Shown here: one piece after another, positions 59,868 to 64,000 of the stretch | Numbering within the stretch: the first letter of the stretch is position 1 | Layout: each line of letters starts with the position of its first letter | Origin: Octopus sinensis | Taxonomy: Eukaryota | NCBI RefSeq assembly: GCF_006345805.1 | Contig: NC_043019.1 | Coordinates: 10,601,360-10,665,359, forward strand | Direction: 5' to 3' | DNA: 64,000 bases | Made by a program: the position numbers and the translations under genes | Notes under the pieces: generated by a model | Database searches by the model: none | What the model was told of the DNA's origin: nothing | The model's input: the letters and a program-made list of their open reading frames with translations, nothing else

Positions 59868-60787
59868 GATGTTGCATGTCACTCTGGTGGTTGCAAAAAA
59901 AAGAAATTGGGGACATGTATGGGATATGAGGCATGGACGCCAGGGAAATACCGTCCTGTATGTCACATGTAGTAATACACAAAACCCAGGGAAAGGGTTA
60001 ACCGATGTCACTCCTACTCCCGATAAAATGAGGGATATTGCCCCCCCCCCGACCCCCAGTCACTGCCCATGCCAAAACTCCAGACAGACTTGTCGTGAAA
60101 CATAACCCCACTCCTGGTCCTTAACCTGCTAACCAGACATAACAATTTTTTTTTTTCTGGTGTGTGTGTGTGTGTGTGTGTGTGTGGAGGGGGGTAAAGA
60201 AATTAATCTAAACCTGATATTACACAAAAAAAAAATCCTAAACAAACAACTCTGCTCATGATGATGATAATGATAGTGATGATTGTGGCAGTGGTGAGGT
60301 GTTGGTAGTAGTAGGAGTGATGACAAATGGTGGTGGTGGTTAATGGAGGAGTACCCCACCCCACCCTGCCTTCAGTAATTATAGACACAGCAGCCATGTT
60401 GTTATTTTTTGGGGTGTATGTGTATGTGGAGGGGGGGACTCCACATTAACATATGTGCTCCATGAATCAGTAACTGTTTACTTAAAGATTCTGGGTCTAC
60501 CATCCCATCACTGACTGACGTTGTTGTTGTTGTTAGGATATTTATTTCTGCTGCCCCAGGAGGGGAGTAGGGCATGGTGTATATGTGTTAAAGTAAAAAA
60601 AAGGTAGGTAAGTTGCTGGCTGGTTGCGATGCTTTGACAACTACCCCATAAAAACAACAGCCAAGTCTTCCTCAAATCACACCCTATTTGTCTTAACCCT
60701 TTTACTGAGGAAATAAGATATATCCTCTCAAAATTTCATTACCGTTACTGTGGGAAACAGATTTATATACCAAATCTAGCTTCTACT

Positions 60788-61196
60788 CTTTTACTCTCTT
60801 ACTTGTTTCAGTCATTTGACTGCGGCCATGCTGGAGCACCGCCTTTAATCGAGCAACTCGACCCCGGGACTTATTCTTTTGTAAGCCCAGTACTTATTCT
60901 ATCGGTCTCTTTTGCCAAACCGCTAAGTAACAGGGACATAAACACACCAGCATCGGTTGTCAAGCAATGCTAGGGGGACAAACACAGACACACAAACACA
61001 CATACATATATATATATATATACATATATATGACAGGTTTCTTTGAGTTTCCGTCTACCAAATCCACTCACAAGGCATTGGTCGGCCCGGGGCTATAGCA
61101 GAAGACATTTGCCCAAGATGCCACGCAGTGGGATTGAACCCAGAACCATGTGGTTGGTTAGCAAGCTACTTACCACACAGCCACTCCTGCGCCTAT
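60788..61196 (-). mobile_element. SINE family A
   Basis: Full length. Confidence 0.85.
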
Positions 61197-61631
61197 GTGG
61201 AATATCCATGAAATTTAATTTTGCAGTTAAAAAGCTAAAGAAATAAAAGGAAGCATCAGCCAAGGTATTCTTTGTTATACAGACAGACAGGATGGTCAAA
61301 TGTGGATCAGGACTAACCGAGGGTTAAACAACAATTACAACACCACCAGCAGCAGCTGAGGGCGCTTCTATGTGGTCAATTGACTTGCTAGTAATAGTAA
61401 GTGAATTTCCTTGATCAGAGCTGATTTGTGGTTAGACAACAATAGCATGAGTTAGAGAGAAGGGCCTATGTATGATCTCTCAACCTTCTAGAAATACCAG
61501 CCAAGTCTTCCTCAAATCACACCGTACCATCTTTGAAAAAAAAAATGGCAAGACTACATTGTATAATGTAAATGCATTGTGTCTAGAAAAAGACATGGTG
61601 GTTATAATCAGAATGTCTTTGATCACAAGTC

Positions 61632-62095
61632 AGATCTAATGCAGGTCCTCTGCATTAGATCTCTGGTGAGATCTAATGCACCAGAGATCTCTGGTGAGTT
61701 GATTTGCACATAAATAAATAAGCATTACATTTGATAGAGTAATCTGAATGCAGAAGGGCTACAGGTATCCCAGGGGTGACCTGACACCAAACAACATAAA
61801 ACTTCAACATTACCATTACCTCTCTCTCTAAAAGAAAGCAACATTAATACCTCAAGAAGAGAGAGACAGGCATCGTCTTTATATGTTGTTCAGCTCCAGC
61901 TAGAAATGATAGACAGCAAGCTTAACACACAACGTAGCTAAAGACCACTACCTGGTCCTGGGGTACCTTTAATCCTTCTGCATTCAGATTACTCTATCAA
62001 ATGTAATGCTTATTTATTTTTTATGTGCAGATCAACTCACCAGAGACATCGGATGCCTCCCTGAAGATCTAATGCAGGACCCAGATGGATGGTGC
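61632..62095. repeat. Nested inverted-repeat (fold-back) complex
   Basis: 13-bp hairpin at 61632-61662; about 70-bp arms at 61688-61757 and 61974-62046. Confidence 0.9.
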
Positions 62096-62455
62096 GTGCA
62101 GGTTAAAAATGTCCGAGTAAGCTCAACGAGAGGAGGAGGATGTTTTATTCAAATTGTTTTGAATTAATTTTGCATTATCTCTTAGGAGCTTTGAGGATTG
62201 GGATTTCAATGATATGATTGTTATTATGTTTCTTTTCATAATTTGTTTTTCTTTTTGGGCGGGTGGGGGGTAGAGAGAGGGGGAGAGACAGAGAGTGCAT
62301 GAGGGGTAATTAATTAAAGCAGTAAGGGGCTTTGATGCAATCAAATGGGGGGAAAGATCAAAAAGAATGACCCAATAGGAAGCAGGAAATTGTGTTGATG
62401 TTGAAAATCAAGGTTACATCTGACCTACATAATAAAGTATGGTCTGGAGAGACAG

Positions 62456-62490
<35 letters not shown>

Positions 62491-63142
62491 ATAAAGCCAG
62501 CAGATTCAGTTTCATTTAGTGCACAGTTCTTTCTCTCTCTCTCTCCCTTTCTCTTTATCCTTCAACACTTGTCCTTCATTAATTCTACTCAGCTCCTCAC
62601 CCATTCCCTATCTTCCATCCCCCATTCACTTCAACTCCATATCATGTATGTCCAACCAGAGACACCTCATGGCTACTAGTTTTATCTCTTCTCAGCTCCA
62701 CCCCTATCACCACATCTACCCCACTCCACTACACCACACATTCTCTTCTAATAAAAATTGCCACATAGTCCTTCTAACAAAGAAACCTGTTCTGCTCTGG
62801 CCTCCTTTCTCTCATCACCTAGCCAAAAAAAAAAAAAAGAAAAAGAAAAAAAAAGCCACCCCTCTTGAGGTTTGTAGTCCTGCAGGCTGTGATGGCAACC
62901 TCACTAATGCTGGTGCCACAAAAAAAGGAAGTGGTTGTTAAAATGATGATATGAATGTAAGTGCAGGCATAGCTGTGTGGTATGAGGTTTGCTTCCCAGC
63001 CATATGGTTCTGGGTTCAGTCTCAGTGTGTGGCACCTTGGACTAGTGTCTTCTACTGTAGCTCCAGGCTAAACAAAACCTTGTGGGGGGATTTGGTAGAT
63101 GGAAACTGAAAGAAGCTCGTTGTGTGTATGTGTGTGTATATA

Positions 63143-63372
63143 TATTTCTTTACTACCCACAAGGGGCTAAACATAGAGGGGACAAACAAGGACAGACAAA
63201 CGGATTAAGTCGATTACATCAACCCCAGTGCGAAACTGGTACTTTATTTATCGACCCTGAAAGGATGAAAGGCAAAGTCGACCTCGGCGGAATTTGAACT
63301 CGGAACGTAATGACAGACGAAATACTGCTAAGCATTTCGCCCAGCACGCTAACGTTTCTGCCAGCTTGACGC
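63143..63372 (-). mobile_element. SINE family B, monomer
   Basis: Homology to family B. Confidence 0.8.
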
Positions 63373-63374
63373 CT

Positions 63375-63405
<31 letters not shown>

Positions 63406-64000
63406 GTGTGTGTGTGGAAGTGGTATCCTTCATTCCCTGTCTTCGATGAAAATACGCCTGCCCATGGAGAAATATTACCATACTTGGAAACAGGTGAGGG
63501 TTGGTGACAGTAATGGCATCCAGCCTTAGGAAATCTGCCTCAACAAAATCTGTCTGACCCATGCAAGAATAAGAAAGTTAATATGATGATGATGATGATA
63601 ATAATGATGTAAACTGATAGTAGGTTTTTATGGCCCCTTCCCACAGCCAAGACTGCCAACCTTGGACTAGAAAAATAACAGCAATATAAGCAACAGGCCT
63701 CTCTACAAGACACTGACCTTGATTTTCACCATCAGATAAAGCGAGGACTAAGACCACACTTTTAACCAGTGCACCGTTAGATAAAAAGAAACGGTTCAAG
63801 TCACAACATTAGCTCTATTTATATTTATTTTTATCACTAAATCAATAAGGGGTGGTGGGGTGGTAAACAGTGTGGCTCCTTGGCCTTGCCAGTTCCTGTC
63901 AAACCAACCAACCCATGCCAGCAAGGAAACCGGATGTTAAACGATGAAGATGATGATGATGATGATGATGACAACAACGATGACATCTTTTTTATTAATC

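Noticed and set aside
49402-64000. Search for the CHERP SURP-domain exon(s) and promoter
   Set aside because: No segment encoding DKLAxFVARNG-like residues was found by eye on the minus strand. It is presumed to be outside the window, though a missed short exon cannot be excluded.

Overview
Repeat-rich, AT-rich animal genomic DNA, most likely octopus (inferred from recognising octopus-type tRNA-derived SINE families; not verified by search). One protein-coding gene is supported. It is a CHERP orthologue on the minus strand, with 17 GT-AG coding exons from 49401 down to a stop at 13111 (3191 nt, about 1062 aa). The exons join in consistent phase and encode polyQ, CID, Pro/Gly-rich, RS-rich and G-patch regions. 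I found no exon for the N-terminal SURP domain, so it probably lies beyond 64000. The rest is intron or intergenic DNA filled with SINEs, RTE/CR1 LINE fragments, Helitrons, piggyBac/hAT/mariner MITEs, microsatellites and minisatellites. The most unusual signal is a set of hammerhead-ribozyme motifs. Two complete type-I folds lie 533 nt apart at 23869-24480, and five minimal Penelope-type motifs occur in two short dispersed families. Other highlights are an in-frame read-through from the G-patch exon into an intronic RTE fragment, a 22-unit HGPGP(A/T) coding repeat, long fold-back hairpins, and hierarchical tandem repeats. Repeat boundaries were read by eye and are approximate (about +/-10 nt) unless termini or TSDs are quoted. 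RNA folds were paired by hand, and no database search was run.
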